From: Candidatus Hadarchaeota archaeon
GTDB lineage: Archaea; Hadarchaeota; Hadarchaeia; Hadarchaeales; JAGGTB01
Direction: 5' to 3'
NCBI GenBank assembly: GCA_964510375.1
Contig: CAZEBR010000007.1
Coordinates: 4,895-54,636, forward strand
DNA length: 49,742 bases
Within the stretch, counting starts at the first letter, position 1. Each line of letters opens with the position of its first letter. The position numbers were made by a program, and so were the translations under genes. The notes below the pieces were generated by a model that saw nothing but the letters and a program-made list of their open reading frames with translations, made no database searches and was not told where the DNA came from. Below, piece by piece: positions 1 through 9,655 of the stretch.

Positions 1-1
1 C

Positions 2-556
2 GCATCCGGATGCGGAGACATGATCGCCAACTATACCGCAGTCCTAGACTGTGAACTCTCAAAAAAAGAAAAAGATGAAGAATACAGCGAATACGCGGCC
101 GCCCTCTCCCGTATGAGCGCCGAACTCGTCGAAAGGAACGTCGAAGTTATAAAGAATGGTACCGAGGAAGGCGCCCGAAAAATCGTGAAGGCCCTAATCA
201 GCAGCGGCGTCGCCATGAGTATAGCGGGAAGCAGCAGGCCGGCTAGCGGGGCGGAGCACCTGTTCAGTCATGCCCTCGACAAGATAGCTCCCGAACCGGC
301 CCTCCACGGAGAACAGTGCGGGGTAGGATCGATAATGATGATGAAACTTCATGGAAGAGATTGGAAACCCAAGAAAGAGGCCCTCGAAACCGTGGGTTGC
401 CCCACAAACAGCAGGGAACTTGGTATCGATCCAAAATACATAGTAAAAGCACTCACGATAGCCCATGAAATAAGACCCGGGAGATATACCGTGTTAAGGA
501 ACGGATTGACCGAAGAGAAAGCAGAGAAACTGGCAGAAGAAACCGGCGTAATATAG
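2..556 (+). CDS. egsA: glycerol-1-phosphate dehydrogenase [NAD(P)+], C-terminal part (5' end outside the window)
   Basis: Frame is open from nt 2 ([14 protein letters not shown]..). [16 protein letters not shown] and LHGEQCGVG motifs match the archaeal G1PDH branch of iron-type alcohol dehydrogenases. Confidence 0.8.
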   Translation, partial: ASGCGDMIANYTAVLDCELSKKEKDEEYSEYAAALSRMSAELVERNVEVIKNGTEEGARKIVKALISSGVAMSIAGSSRPASGAEHLFSHALDKIAPEPALHGEQCGVGSIMMMKLHGRDWKPKKEALETVGCPTNSRELGIDPKYIVKALTIAHEIRPGRYTVLRNGLTEEKAEKLAEETGVI

Positions 557-564
557 TTAACAGG

Positions 565-1215
565 CTAAATCTCGATAAGATTTACTTTCACTCCATCTTT
601 ATAGACAAACTCCGCAGCATATCCCTCGATAATCGGGCCCGGGTTTATGACCTTAGTGTCGCCGATTTTGTCCAACCCGCGAGCCTCATGAATATGTCCA
701 CAGACATTCACTAGGGGTTGCTTTTCTTCCACTATCTCCCGAACGCCCTTACTACCGGCGTGAACGTTCCCCGAAGCCATGTCCGCTTTCGTTTCAAAGG
801 GCGGAGCATGAGTCACCAGAAACCAGTCCCCACCCACCTCTAGGGCAAGATCGTTCAATCTCTCTTTTATCTCGGATTCGGACAGTTCAAATGGAGTGTC
901 GAAAGGAGTCTCGTTGGAACCGCCCAACCCCACAAAGGTTACTCCTCCAAAATAGATAGATCTGGAATGTAAATTGACTCCCCTTTGCTCAAGAACCTCT
1001 ATCGATTCCTCAGGATCACAGTTTCCCGGGATCACAAGACTGCGAAAATCTTTTTTCTCCACAAGATCAAGAACTTCGTTAACTTCCCGGGCCGGTCCGA
1101 ACTGAGTAATATCACCCAAAATCAGGAGAAGATCGTAATCGTCAGAGATCAAATTTCTTAAATTTTCTTTCGAACTGTCCTTCCCGTGAAAATCAGTTAC
1201 CGCCAAGATTTTCAT
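565..1215 (-). CDS. calcineurin-like metallophosphoesterase
   Basis: Ordered motifs TDFHG, GDITQFG, GNCD, THAPP, GHIHE over 216 aa. Confidence 0.85.
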   Translation of the reverse strand: MKILAVTDFHGKDSSKENLRNLISDDYDLLLILGDITQFGPAREVNEVLDLVEKKDFRSLVIPGNCDPEESIEVLEQRGVNLHSRSIYFGGVTFVGLGGSNETPFDTPFELSESEIKERLNDLALEVGGDWFLVTHAPPFETKADMASGNVHAGSKGVREIVEEKQPLVNVCGHIHEARGLDKIGDTKVINPGPIIEGYAAEFVYKDGVKVNLIEI

Positions 1216-1316
1216 GCTCGTTCATCGCAGAAAACGAAAAAAATAAATTTAACTAAAAAACATTTTGACATCATCGACATATAGTCCGATAACATCCATA
1301 AACATGCCCCGATGTC

Positions 1317-1853
1317 TCATGAAACCGGGAGACGTATCTTTTCTCGCTCCAATCTCTCATGTAACTTGGGATCTTCCCTGGCCAGATCGGCATATTCCAC
1401 CGGCAACATTATATTGGCCTCAATGTTCCTCCCAATCCTCTCCGATACCTCGTCCAAGGCTTTCCTTATCCTCTTCGAATCCCCTCTCTTCATGACGAGA
1501 AGTTCTAGGGGACTATCCGGAGAGTCCGTTCCTCTGGCAGAAGGACCAACCAAATAGGCGTTCCTTATCACGTCCAATTCTCTAAGCGTCGGTATAAGCT
1601 CGGACAAAGTGATCAGAACCCTGAGCTGCTTGGCGATGGGGCTCCCCCACTTTAACTTGTAGTATTTTTTCCTCCCCTCCGATTTCTCGGTTATAATCTC
1701 ATTCCTTTTCAGATTCTTTAACCATTTTATATTGGTAGCTTTGGAAAGGTCAAGTCTCTCTTGAATTTCTTTAGAGTAAAACTCCTTCTCCGGATTCTTG
1801 CAAAACAATTCAATCATTTTAACTGGCGCTTGAGACCCTAAAAAATCCAACAT
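1317..1853 (-). CDS. winged-helix DNA-binding domain fused to a nucleotidyltransferase-like domain
   Basis: N-terminal wHTH-like segment (YSKEIQERLDLSKATNIKWLKNL). C-terminal LVGPSARGTDSPDSPLELLV resembles the minimal nucleotidyltransferase GS..ARG..DxD signature. Confidence 0.5.
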   Translation of the reverse strand: MLDFLGSQAPVKMIELFCKNPEKEFYSKEIQERLDLSKATNIKWLKNLKRNEIITEKSEGRKKYYKLKWGSPIAKQLRVLITLSELIPTLRELDVIRNAYLVGPSARGTDSPDSPLELLVMKRGDSKRIRKALDEVSERIGRNIEANIMLPVEYADLAREDPKLHERLEREKIRLPVS

Positions 1854-1937
1854 CGTATCATTACAAAAGTTTAATAGATTATACCTTTTTATCAGTTTTT
1901 CCGTAACAGTTCGACTACAGATGTTCGGGAATCAAAA

Positions 1938-2861
1938 TCACTCTACAAAATCCAGCCAGTCTGTATATCTATCGTCCTTTCCTTTGACGATATCGAAAAA
2001 GGTTTTTTGTATCTTCTCGGTTATTTCCCCTCTCTCGCCGTTTCCTATCTCGGTGTCGTCGACTTCTCTTATAGGCGTTACTTCTGCCGCGGTGCCCGTG
2101 AAAAACGCTTCATCGGCACTCTTTAACCGATCCTCCTGAAAATCTTCCTCCCTAACCGAAACACCCATATCTTCTGCGATCTTCATGACTGAATTCCTCG
2201 TTATACCCTTCAGAACATCCGAATCCAAAGGCGGAGTTATTAAATCCTCGTCTTCGACTATAAAGATATTTTCCCCGGGCCCTTCAGCAATGTTACCATC
2301 CAAATTAAGTAAGATCGCTTCGTCGTAATCCTTCTCGAGAGCCTCTAACTTGGCGAGTATAGAATTCGCGTAATTAGCAACCGTCTTTGAATGAGGCGGA
2401 AGTATCCTAGAATTGATCCTCTTCCAGTCAGTAATAGTGGTCCTTACACCCTTCTCAAGACCCTCCTCGCCGAGGTAAGAACCCCAAGGCCAGACCGCTA
2501 TCGCCACATTGACAGGCGCTCCTTCCGGACTTAGCCCCATCTTCCCGTATCCATAATACGCTATGGGTCGAATGTAGCAGTCCACCATTTCATTTTCCCG
2601 GATAGTAAGCTTGACCGCATCGATCATTTCATCGACGGAATAAGGCAGGTCTATCTTCACCAAGTCGGCGGAATTCTGAAACCGCTCCATGTGAGCCCTC
2701 AGTCTAAAAACGGCCGGGCCGATCTCGGTATTGTAACAACGAATTCCCTCAAAAACTCCCAGACCATAATGCAACGTGTGAGTTAGAACATGAACCTCTG
2801 CTTCGTCCCAAGGTACAAGTTCTCCATCCATCCAGATGTAATCGGTCGGGGTTAGAGACAT
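1938..2861 (-). CDS. ilvE: branched-chain-amino-acid aminotransferase (fold type IV PLP enzyme)
   Basis: 307 aa. WMDGELVPWDEAEVHVLTHTLHYGLGVFEGIRCY N-terminus and overall IlvE-like layout. Confidence 0.9.
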   Translation of the reverse strand: MSLTPTDYIWMDGELVPWDEAEVHVLTHTLHYGLGVFEGIRCYNTEIGPAVFRLRAHMERFQNSADLVKIDLPYSVDEMIDAVKLTIRENEMVDCYIRPIAYYGYGKMGLSPEGAPVNVAIAVWPWGSYLGEEGLEKGVRTTITDWKRINSRILPPHSKTVANYANSILAKLEALEKDYDEAILLNLDGNIAEGPGENIFIVEDEDLITPPLDSDVLKGITRNSVMKIAEDMGVSVREEDFQEDRLKSADEAFFTGTAAEVTPIREVDDTEIGNGERGEITEKIQKTFFDIVKGKDDRYTDWLDFVE

Positions 2862-2950
2862 AAACTCACGCTTTATAATTTTCCCGTGATTTAATTAAGG
2901 CTTACTATTTCGAAATTTCATGAAAAGCTCGGAGGCTACGGTCACCGCAC

Positions 2951-4033
2951 TCAAAGTCCGGCGACGTCCTCTATCGCATCCGTCAGCTCCTTAACATCCT
3001 CCACGGTGTGATCCCCCATATGACCGATTCTGAATGTCTTTTCCTTTAACTGTGAACCGTACCCGTTAGAAAATACTATATTGTACTTCTCCTCTACTTT
3101 CTGCCTGACCTTTTCTACGTTAATCCCCCTTGTGTTCTCCACGGCGCTGACCGTCTGCGACCAGTAGCCATCCTCCGGGAACATGTCAAAATGTTCCAAG
3201 GCCCAATTTCGAGTATACTCGGCCATCTCCCTATGCCTCTCCGCCCGCTCCTTGTGTCCTTCATCCAGCATGTATTTCATCTGCTCTCTATAAGCGAGCA
3301 TCAGAGGAATAGCTGCAGTCTGATGGGTCTGGCCCTTTCTTTTATAATATTCAATATTCCTTTCAAAGTCCGCGTACCAGCCCCTACCCTCAACATCTCT
3401 GCTCTTCTGGTAAGTTTTATCATCTACAATACAGACCGAAAGTCCTGGCGGCATGGCAAAAGCCTTCTGGGACGAAGTAAATATCACGTTTATCCCGCTT
3501 TCGTCTATGTCTATATAATCCCCTCCGAGGCAGGAAATCGCATCTACTATAAATGTGGTATCAGGATATTCCTTCAGAACCTCACCTATCTCCTCGACGG
3601 GATTTCGAATTCCAGTAGAAGTCTCGTTCATTACGCAGGTGACCGCATCGTAATCCTCATCTTCCAAAGCATCCCTAACGTCCTCGGGCCTAACCGGCTT
3701 TCCCCACTCGTATTCCAACCTGTCGACATCTTTTCCACACCTTTCGGCGACCTTTCGCTGTCTTTCGCTGAAACTCCCGCAAGTGGTACATAAGACCCTT
3801 TCCTCGACACAGTCACGAATTGTCCCTTCCATAAAGACGGTTCCTGAAGCGGTGAGTATGATTACATGGCGATCAGTATCAAAAAACTTCTTCGTATCCT
3901 CGACGATCGTTGTATATAAATCGGTCATTTCATCCGATCTATGTCCGATCATCCACTCATTCATAGCGTCCAGTACTTCCTTTCTTACCTCGGTCGGCCC
4001 GGGCAAAAACAATTTTTTATGTTCAAAATCCAT
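2951..4033 (-). CDS. class V aminotransferase (serine-glyoxylate / phosphoserine aminotransferase-like)
   Basis: 360 aa. LFLPGPTEV start, NETSTG, DAISCLGG, PLP-lysine context TSSQKAFAMPPGL. Confidence 0.8.
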   Translation of the reverse strand: MDFEHKKLFLPGPTEVRKEVLDAMNEWMIGHRSDEMTDLYTTIVEDTKKFFDTDRHVIILTASGTVFMEGTIRDCVEERVLCTTCGSFSERQRKVAERCGKDVDRLEYEWGKPVRPEDVRDALEDEDYDAVTCVMNETSTGIRNPVEEIGEVLKEYPDTTFIVDAISCLGGDYIDIDESGINVIFTSSQKAFAMPPGLSVCIVDDKTYQKSRDVEGRGWYADFERNIEYYKRKGQTHQTAAIPLMLAYREQMKYMLDEGHKERAERHREMAEYTRNWALEHFDMFPEDGYWSQTVSAVENTRGINVEKVRQKVEEKYNIVFSNGYGSQLKEKTFRIGHMGDHTVEDVKELTDAIEDVAGL

Positions 4034-4123
4034 TCTATTACCTCATCTCTTGCATCTGGGGGTAGATGCTTTTATTTCAGTTGTTAAAAGTTTAATCCAA
4101 AAAACGGAGAAAATGCTCTGCTT

Positions 4124-4864
4124 TCAATCCTCAAGATAATCTCTAACCATTTTCAGAGCACAAAAATCTGAGCACATACTACACGTTTCGGGATCGAGTT
4201 CTGAAGGTCTATCCGATCTCAACCTCCTAGCTCTTTTCGAGTCGACTGCCAAATCGAACTGCTTGGGCCAGTCAAACTCCTTTCTCGCCCTTGACATATT
4301 TTCATCCATTTCAACATCGATCCCGTTTGCAAAATCCGCCGCATGGGCGGCTATCTTAGAAGCTATGACTCCATTCCTAACATCCTCCAAGTTCGGCAAG
4401 CAAAGATGCTCGGACGGAGTAACATAACAGAGAAAATCTGCCCCCTTCCAAGCAGCGAGGGCACCTCCGATCGCGCCCGTGATATGATCGTAACCCGGAG
4501 AAACATCCGTGACGATTGGTCCCAAAACGTAGAAAGGCGCGTCATTACAAGCGTTTTTTTCCATTTCGACGTTCGTTTCTATTTGATCCAAAGGTAGATG
4601 CCCAGGGCCTTCCACCATCGCCTGAACGTTTCCATCCCTGGATCGCTCAACCAACTCGCCCAAGGTGAAAAGTTCTTCAAATTGAGGCCGATCCGAGGCG
4701 TCAGATAGACAACCCGGTCTCAGACCATCGCCCAAACTCAGGGTTAAATCGAATTCTCGGGCCAGCTCCAAGAGGTAATCAAATTCCTCAAACAGGGGAT
4801 TTTCTTCATCGTTATGAAGCATCCAAGCCGCCAAAATAGATCCCCCGCGGCTGACAAAGTTCAT
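4124..4864 (-). CDS. thiC: phosphomethylpyrimidine synthase ThiC, C-terminal 246 codons (gene split by a 1-nt frame change)
   Basis: [29 protein letters not shown]-terminal CSMCSDFC (Cx2Cx4C Fe-S motif). Its ATG overlaps the stop of the upstream thiC piece (ATGA, 4864-4861). Confidence 0.85.
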   Translation of the reverse strand: MNFVSRGGSILAAWMLHNDEENPLFEEFDYLLELAREFDLTLSLGDGLRPGCLSDASDRPQFEELFTLGELVERSRDGNVQAMVEGPGHLPLDQIETNVEMEKNACNDAPFYVLGPIVTDVSPGYDHITGAIGGALAAWKGADFLCYVTPSEHLCLPNLEDVRNGVIASKIAAHAADFANGIDVEMDENMSRARKEFDWPKQFDLAVDSKRARRLRSDRPSELDPETCSMCSDFCALKMVRDYLED

Positions 4865-5397
4865 AGGCGGCCCCTCTCTCGTAAAGATTCTACCGTGTCC
4901 TTGGTGACGCCGCAGTGGACCGTTACGAAGTCAACACCGTCCTCAGCGTGTTTTCTTACCGCATTGAAAATGTCATCGGAACTCATATCGACGACGTCCT
5001 TTTCATCGGCTGCCTCGATGGCTGCTTGATAGATTGGAACGGTGCCAAGAGGAACATCGATTTCCGACAATATCCTTCTCCGGACCTCCTCGATATCCCC
5101 GCCGATGCTCAAGTCCATCAAAGTGTCCGTACCATATTCAACGGCTACTTTCGCTTTCTTTGCCTCTTCATCAGCGTCGGAATAATCCGGGGAGGTTCCG
5201 ATGTTCGCATTTACCTTAGTTCGAAGTCCCTTGCCGATGCCCAGAGGCATAACATCTTCACGCGTTTTATTTTTCGGAATCACCACTTCGCCGGACGCGA
5301 CTCTCTTGATTATTTTATCAGTGGATACTCCTTCTGCCTTGGAAATCTCTTTCATCTGTTCAGTCGCTTTTCCTCTCTTCGCTTCCCTCATCTGCAT
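4861..5397 (-). CDS. thiC: phosphomethylpyrimidine synthase ThiC, N-terminal 178 codons
   Basis: Read from the internal Met ([10 protein letters not shown]..): [36 protein letters not shown]. The ORF-track start at 5598 adds 67 residues that do not look like ThiC. Confidence 0.8.
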   Translation of the reverse strand: MQMREAKRGKATEQMKEISKAEGVSTDKIIKRVASGEVVIPKNKTREDVMPLGIGKGLRTKVNANIGTSPDYSDADEEAKKAKVAVEYGTDTLMDLSIGGDIEEVRRRILSEIDVPLGTVPIYQAAIEAADEKDVVDMSSDDIFNAVRKHAEDGVDFVTVHCGVTKDTVESLRERGRL

Positions 5398-5469
5398 GTA
5401 TCTTTCCTCATAAACTCTATCTACCACACACAAATTAAATAAACCCCAGCTCAAGACAAAACTGAGAAG

Positions 5470-6267
5470 ATGTCCGTTATAGGAATTATAACAGACTTTG
5501 GAACAAAAGACTATTTCGTGTCCGCGACGAAGGGGTCGATACTGTCGATAAATCCGGAGGCAAAAATTGTGGACATAACTCATCAGATACCAGAACACGA
5601 CATAGAGAAGGGTGCCTTCGTTCTATCAAACGCGGTTGTAACTTTCCCAAAGAACTCCACTTTTTTAGCAATCATAAACCCCGGAACGGAAACGGAGCTG
5701 AGCTGTATCGCAGTGAAAACCGAGAACTGTTTAAATTTCGTTGGACCGGACAACGGCATTTTAAGCTTAGTGGCTGAAAAATACGGGGTCCAAGAAATCA
5801 GGGAAATCAAAAACGAGAAAGTAATGAGAGAAAATGTCTCAAACACCTTCCCCGGAAGGGACGTAATGGCACCGGCTGCCGCACATCTGAGCAAAGGGGC
5901 TAAAATATCCGAGATGGGTCCGAAGATGGAGGAAATGAAGAAACTGGGTTTCGGAGCAGCAAGAATTGAGGACGACAAGATTCTCGGCCGAATTTTAAAC
6001 ATAGACAATTTCGGAAATTTGGTGACAAACATAAAAAAGAACGACATCATGAAACTAATCAACTACGAAAAAACGTTAGAAGTAGAAATCGGAGAAAAAA
6101 AATTTGATGTTCCATTCAGGAAAACTTTCGCTGATGCGAAAAAAGGAGAAAATGTATCCTATATCGGCGACACAGGGCTCCTAGAAATAGCAAAAAATCA
6201 GGGCAATATTGCCAGAAAATTGGGACTAAAGAACACTGATAAATTAAATATCAAAATCAAATTTTAA
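5470..6267 (+). CDS. SAM hydroxide adenosyltransferase-like protein (DUF62, chlorinase/fluorinase family)
   Basis: IGIITDFGTKDYFVSATKGSIL, FPGRDVMAPAAAHL, NIDNFGNLVTNI. Confidence 0.8.
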   Translation: MSVIGIITDFGTKDYFVSATKGSILSINPEAKIVDITHQIPEHDIEKGAFVLSNAVVTFPKNSTFLAIINPGTETELSCIAVKTENCLNFVGPDNGILSLVAEKYGVQEIREIKNEKVMRENVSNTFPGRDVMAPAAAHLSKGAKISEMGPKMEEMKKLGFGAARIEDDKILGRILNIDNFGNLVTNIKKNDIMKLINYEKTLEVEIGEKKFDVPFRKTFADAKKGENVSYIGDTGLLEIAKNQGNIARKLGLKNTDKLNIKIKF

Positions 6268-6303
6268 AGACCAAATAACGATTATTGAAAAGGTGAAAAA
6301 CCG

Positions 6304-7281
6304 ATGAAAAAGGGATTGACGATTGGAAGGTACCAACCTCTTCACAAAGGTCATTTTTCGGTCTTCAAAAAAATGGACGAAGAATGCGATTCCATAATGA
6401 TCGGAGTCGGGAGTGCCCAAATCGAGAGAGAAAAGGACAATCCTCTGTCCGGAGGGGAGAGAATAAACATGATTAAACGAGTGTTAAAAAATCGGAATAT
6501 AGAACCTTATGAAATTTTTCCCGTTCCGGACATTGAATGCTATCCCGCTTGGCCATACTATGTTAAGAATATTCTTCCACCGTTCGATTACCTTTATGTG
6601 CACTCAAGAACTGTTCTCCGTCTATTTAAAGGTACAAAAACTAAAATTAGGAGGGTAAAAGAATTCAACAAAAGTGAATGGTCAGCCACGGAAGTTAGAA
6701 GAAGAATAAAAAACAACGAAGAATGGCGACATCTTGTTCCGAAGGAGGTGGCTGAATTTTTGGATGAGATAGATATGAAAAACCGGCTTAAACCCACAAT
6801 CGAAGTAAAATCCGAAACCGAAAAAAAGGTCGCACATCTCCTCACAAAAGCGGAAAAAACCATTGCAACGGTCGAATCCTGCACTGGCGGTTTAATAGCG
6901 AACAGGCTAACCAACGTTCCCGGGTCATCGAATTACTTCATAGAAGGACTCGTCACCTACCGAACCAGTACCAAAACTGAATTACTCGGAATCGATGAAG
7001 ACGAGATAGAAAAACATGGAGTCGTAAGTCCTGAAACTGCCCGAAAAATGGCCGAAAAAATCAGAGAAAGGGCGGATACGGATATTGGCCTATCCACCAC
7101 CGGTTTGCTTGGCCCAGGCGGAAACGAATCGGAGGAATCTATCGGAACCGTTTACGTAGGTCTATCCCACCCGAGCGGGGTGGAGGTCGAAAAATTTAAC
7201 TTTTCTGGAAACAGGTTAGAGGTAAAAAACCAGGCAAGCGAGAAATCGCTGGCGAAGATTATAAAATTTTTGGAAAAATAA
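6304..7281 (+). CDS. fusion of archaeal-type nicotinamide-nucleotide adenylyltransferase (N-terminal) and CinA-C/PncC-type NMN deamidase domain (C-terminal)
   Basis: GRYQPLHKGH and WSATEVRRRI (NMNAT signatures) in residues 1-165. ATVESCTGGLIANRLTNVPGSSNYF..GVVSPETARKMA (CinA C-terminal domain) in residues ~185-325. Confidence 0.8.
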   Translation: MKKGLTIGRYQPLHKGHFSVFKKMDEECDSIMIGVGSAQIEREKDNPLSGGERINMIKRVLKNRNIEPYEIFPVPDIECYPAWPYYVKNILPPFDYLYVHSRTVLRLFKGTKTKIRRVKEFNKSEWSATEVRRRIKNNEEWRHLVPKEVAEFLDEIDMKNRLKPTIEVKSETEKKVAHLLTKAEKTIATVESCTGGLIANRLTNVPGSSNYFIEGLVTYRTSTKTELLGIDEDEIEKHGVVSPETARKMAEKIRERADTDIGLSTTGLLGPGGNESEESIGTVYVGLSHPSGVEVEKFNFSGNRLEVKNQASEKSLAKIIKFLEK

Positions 7282-7292
7282 AATTTAAATCC

Positions 7293-7610
7293 TCAGAAAT
7301 CATTAAACAAGTATTTCTCAAGGTCGACTCTCTGGGAATCTACTTTGACTCCCTCCCTCTCCAAGAGTTCTTTCTTCCTTTCCTTTCCGCCGCAGCTATA
7401 ATCACCGAGATACCCGGACGATTTTACAACCCTGTGGCAGGGGATTTCCACCGGCCTCGGATTATCCGCTAATGCATTTCCAACAGCCCGAAAAGCCTTT
7501 GGCCTCCCGAGAGCCTTCGCTATTTCAGCATAAGTAGTAACCTTTCCTTCGGGTACCTTCGAAACAAGGTTCAGTACGTTTTCTTTAAAACCCAATCTGA
7601 CCACTAACAC
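7293..7610 (-). CDS. MGMT-family protein (O6-alkylguanine-DNA alkyltransferase active-site/DNA-binding domain only)
   Basis: 105 aa. VPEGKVTTYAEIAKALG, NPRPVEIPCHRVV (PCHR active-site Cys). The GTG start at 7610 is uncertain. Confidence 0.8.
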   Translation of the reverse strand: MLVVRLGFKENVLNLVSKVPEGKVTTYAEIAKALGRPKAFRAVGNALADNPRPVEIPCHRVVKSSGYLGDYSCGGKERKKELLEREGVKVDSQRVDLEKYLFNDF

Positions 7611-7882
7611 AACAATTGTCCCAAGAAAATATTACCCCTGCGGATTCCACGAGCGAAAAATATAGTAGAAAAACGAATAAAAAGCTGTTATCCGCCACAA
7701 ATCGATATTTGAAAACGTCACTCAGGGATTCAAAATTTAATATCCAATTAATTCTTAGAACATGATTTCTCTTTTGACGGTTAAGCTTGTCTTCGATTAG
7801 AACACTAATTTACTGATTAAAAGGACAAAAAATCCTATAACTGATAAAAACTGTCAGACCAACATGGATAGTGGAGGTTTAT

Positions 7883-8530
7883 ATGGCTCAGATAATGATC
7901 GTAGACGACGAGCCGGATATACGAGAACTGGTAAAGCTCAACTTCGAAAAAGAAAATCACGACGTAGTACCGGCGGAAAATGGAAAGGACGCCCTAGAAA
8001 AATTGGAGGAGATTTCACCGGACTATCCCGATCTCATTCTCCTAGATATTAACATGCCCGAACTAAACGGTTGGGAAACGCTCGATGAACTGGACAAGCG
8101 AGATATCCTCAAAGATGTTCCCGTTGTGATGTTCACGGTCGAAGAGTTGACTTTCGTAAAAATGCTTCGAAAGGACATAGAAGGCTTGGTCGGATATATA
8201 GAAAAACCCTTTGAACGCGAAGAAATACTAAATACGGCCGAAAAGGTCATAGAAAAAACAAAAAAGATCAACGAAAGGAAAAAGAAGATAGAAGAGAGCC
8301 CGGAGGGGGGAGAAAGTTTAGCCGAAGCTTATAAGGCATGGTCCAGGGCCCAAATGATTCACAGAAGATTCCTAGAAAAACTGGAAGAAATGGAAGAAAA
8401 AATGACCAGCAAAAGCAAACTTGGTAGAGTTAAAAATTTGAAAAAAGGAGAAAGAAACACAATAGACCAGTTAGAGCGAAAGAAGAAAGAGCTATTGAAA
8501 ACAGCAGGTTTGGAAAAATATACTGAATAA
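7883..8530 (+). CDS. CheY-like response regulator receiver with coiled-coil C-terminal tail, no DNA-binding domain
   Basis: IMIVDDEPD, LILLDINMP, MFTV, IEKPF receiver signature. ATG at 7883 lies 5 nt after GGAGG (7873-7877). The ORF track starts 12 nt earlier at a GTG. Confidence 0.85.
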   Translation: MAQIMIVDDEPDIRELVKLNFEKENHDVVPAENGKDALEKLEEISPDYPDLILLDINMPELNGWETLDELDKRDILKDVPVVMFTVEELTFVKMLRKDIEGLVGYIEKPFEREEILNTAEKVIEKTKKINERKKKIEESPEGGESLAEAYKAWSRAQMIHRRFLEKLEEMEEKMTSKSKLGRVKNLKKGERNTIDQLERKKKELLKTAGLEKYTE

Positions 8531-8620
8531 AAAACCTTTTCTCATTTTAATTAGAAAATTCTTCAAAGAAATAGTTAGCAAGAAGCTGACAAATATTAAC
8601 CAATCAACCATTAGAAACTG

Positions 8621-9655
8621 ATGGGAGAGAATATCATGGACGAAAATGCAATTCTCCGAACTGTGCTGAAAAATAATCCCGATCCAATTTACTTCAAGAA
8701 CCGAGATGCCCACTACACCGAAGTTAGCGCCTCGATGCTACATCATTTGCAGTTAGAAAGGGAGGAAGTTCAAGGAAAGACCGACTTCGATATCTTCCCT
8801 GACAAAAAAGCTCAGGAAATGTATGAGGAAGATATCCGAGTAATGCAGAACAATGAACCCATCAATGGCAAGGTAGAAAGAATAACCTGGCCCGACGGAA
8901 AAACCCAGTGGCTATCCGTATACAAGTTTCCGCGACACAACTCGAAAGGTAAAGTCGTAGGGACCTTCGGATTACTGAAAGATATCACAGAGTACAAAGA
9001 GACGGAGCGAGAATTTGAGGGCATTAAAAAACAAGCTGTTCTGATGGCGGAACAGTCAGGAAATTTGATGTATCGAATCGACAAGAATTTCAAATGCATG
9101 TATGCAAACCAAAAAACTCTTACTTATCTCGACAGTAGCGAAGAAGAAGTTATTGGGAGCAAGTTCACGGAGTTTTTGCCCGAAAAAGACAAGAAAGAGT
9201 TTATTGAACACGTCGAGAGAGCGATTGAGTCCGGCGAAGCAGTGAAATTAGAGCACAAATGGAACATATCGGACTGTTGGCTGTACACCATTTTCACACC
9301 GGTGCCCGATCCCGATACCGGAGAAATCGTGGATGTACTGGCAATATCGAGGGACATCACCAGAGCAAAAAAGGCAGAAGAAAGACAGGAATTTCTCCAC
9401 TCACTATTAAGACATGATCTGAGGAACAAAATACAAATTATTCAAGGATACCTACAGTTTCTTGAGGATACGGATACCTCCGAAGAGCAAGAAAAATTCC
9501 TTAAAAAAGCTATAAAGGCTTCTAGAAACGGTTACGACCTTATTGAAGAAGTGAGAGCTCTGAGAAAGACTAAAAAGGACCATAAACCTATTGAGATAAA
9601 CGTGGGGGCTATTATAAGCAAGGTAATAGATGAAAATCGGGACCGCGCTCAGTAA
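8621..9655 (+). CDS. PAS-domain sensor histidine kinase, sensor + HisKA part (ends at an in-frame TAA)
   Basis: Two PAS-like blocks. H-box EFLHSLLRHDLRNKIQIIQGYLQFL. Frame continues open after TAA 9653-9655 into the ATPase domain. Confidence 0.8.
   Translation: MGENIMDENAILRTVLKNNPDPIYFKNRDAHYTEVSASMLHHLQLEREEVQGKTDFDIFPDKKAQEMYEEDIRVMQNNEPINGKVERITWPDGKTQWLSVYKFPRHNSKGKVVGTFGLLKDITEYKETEREFEGIKKQAVLMAEQSGNLMYRIDKNFKCMYANQKTLTYLDSSEEEVIGSKFTEFLPEKDKKEFIEHVERAIESGEAVKLEHKWNISDCWLYTIFTPVPDPDTGEIVDVLAISRDITRAKKAEERQEFLHSLLRHDLRNKIQIIQGYLQFLEDTDTSEEQEKFLKKAIKASRNGYDLIEEVRALRKTKKDHKPIEINVGAIISKVIDENRDRAQ

Noticed and set aside
3191-3793. Long antisense ORFs inside well-supported genes (also 4915-5442, 5583-6062, 15447-15998, 29365-30018, 36379-36960, 40878-41519 and others)
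   Set aside because: They are shadow ORFs with no motifs and skewed composition, and each is fully covered by a gene with clear family signatures on the other strand.
5398-5598. N-terminal extension of thiC, and a possible TPP riboswitch in the thiC leader
   Set aside because: The extension (MFWYLMSYVHNFCLRIY..) is not ThiC-like and runs into the divergent DUF62 gene. Only about 72 nt separate the likely thiC start from that gene, and I saw no TPP-aptamer core. A lone CTGAGA at 5462-5467 is on the wrong strand.
9653-9655. Recoding (selenocysteine/pyrrolysine) as an explanation for the in-frame stop in the histidine kinase
   Set aside because: The codon is TAA. Known archaeal recoding uses TGA (Sec) or TAG (Pyl), and no SECIS/PYLIS-like context was evident.
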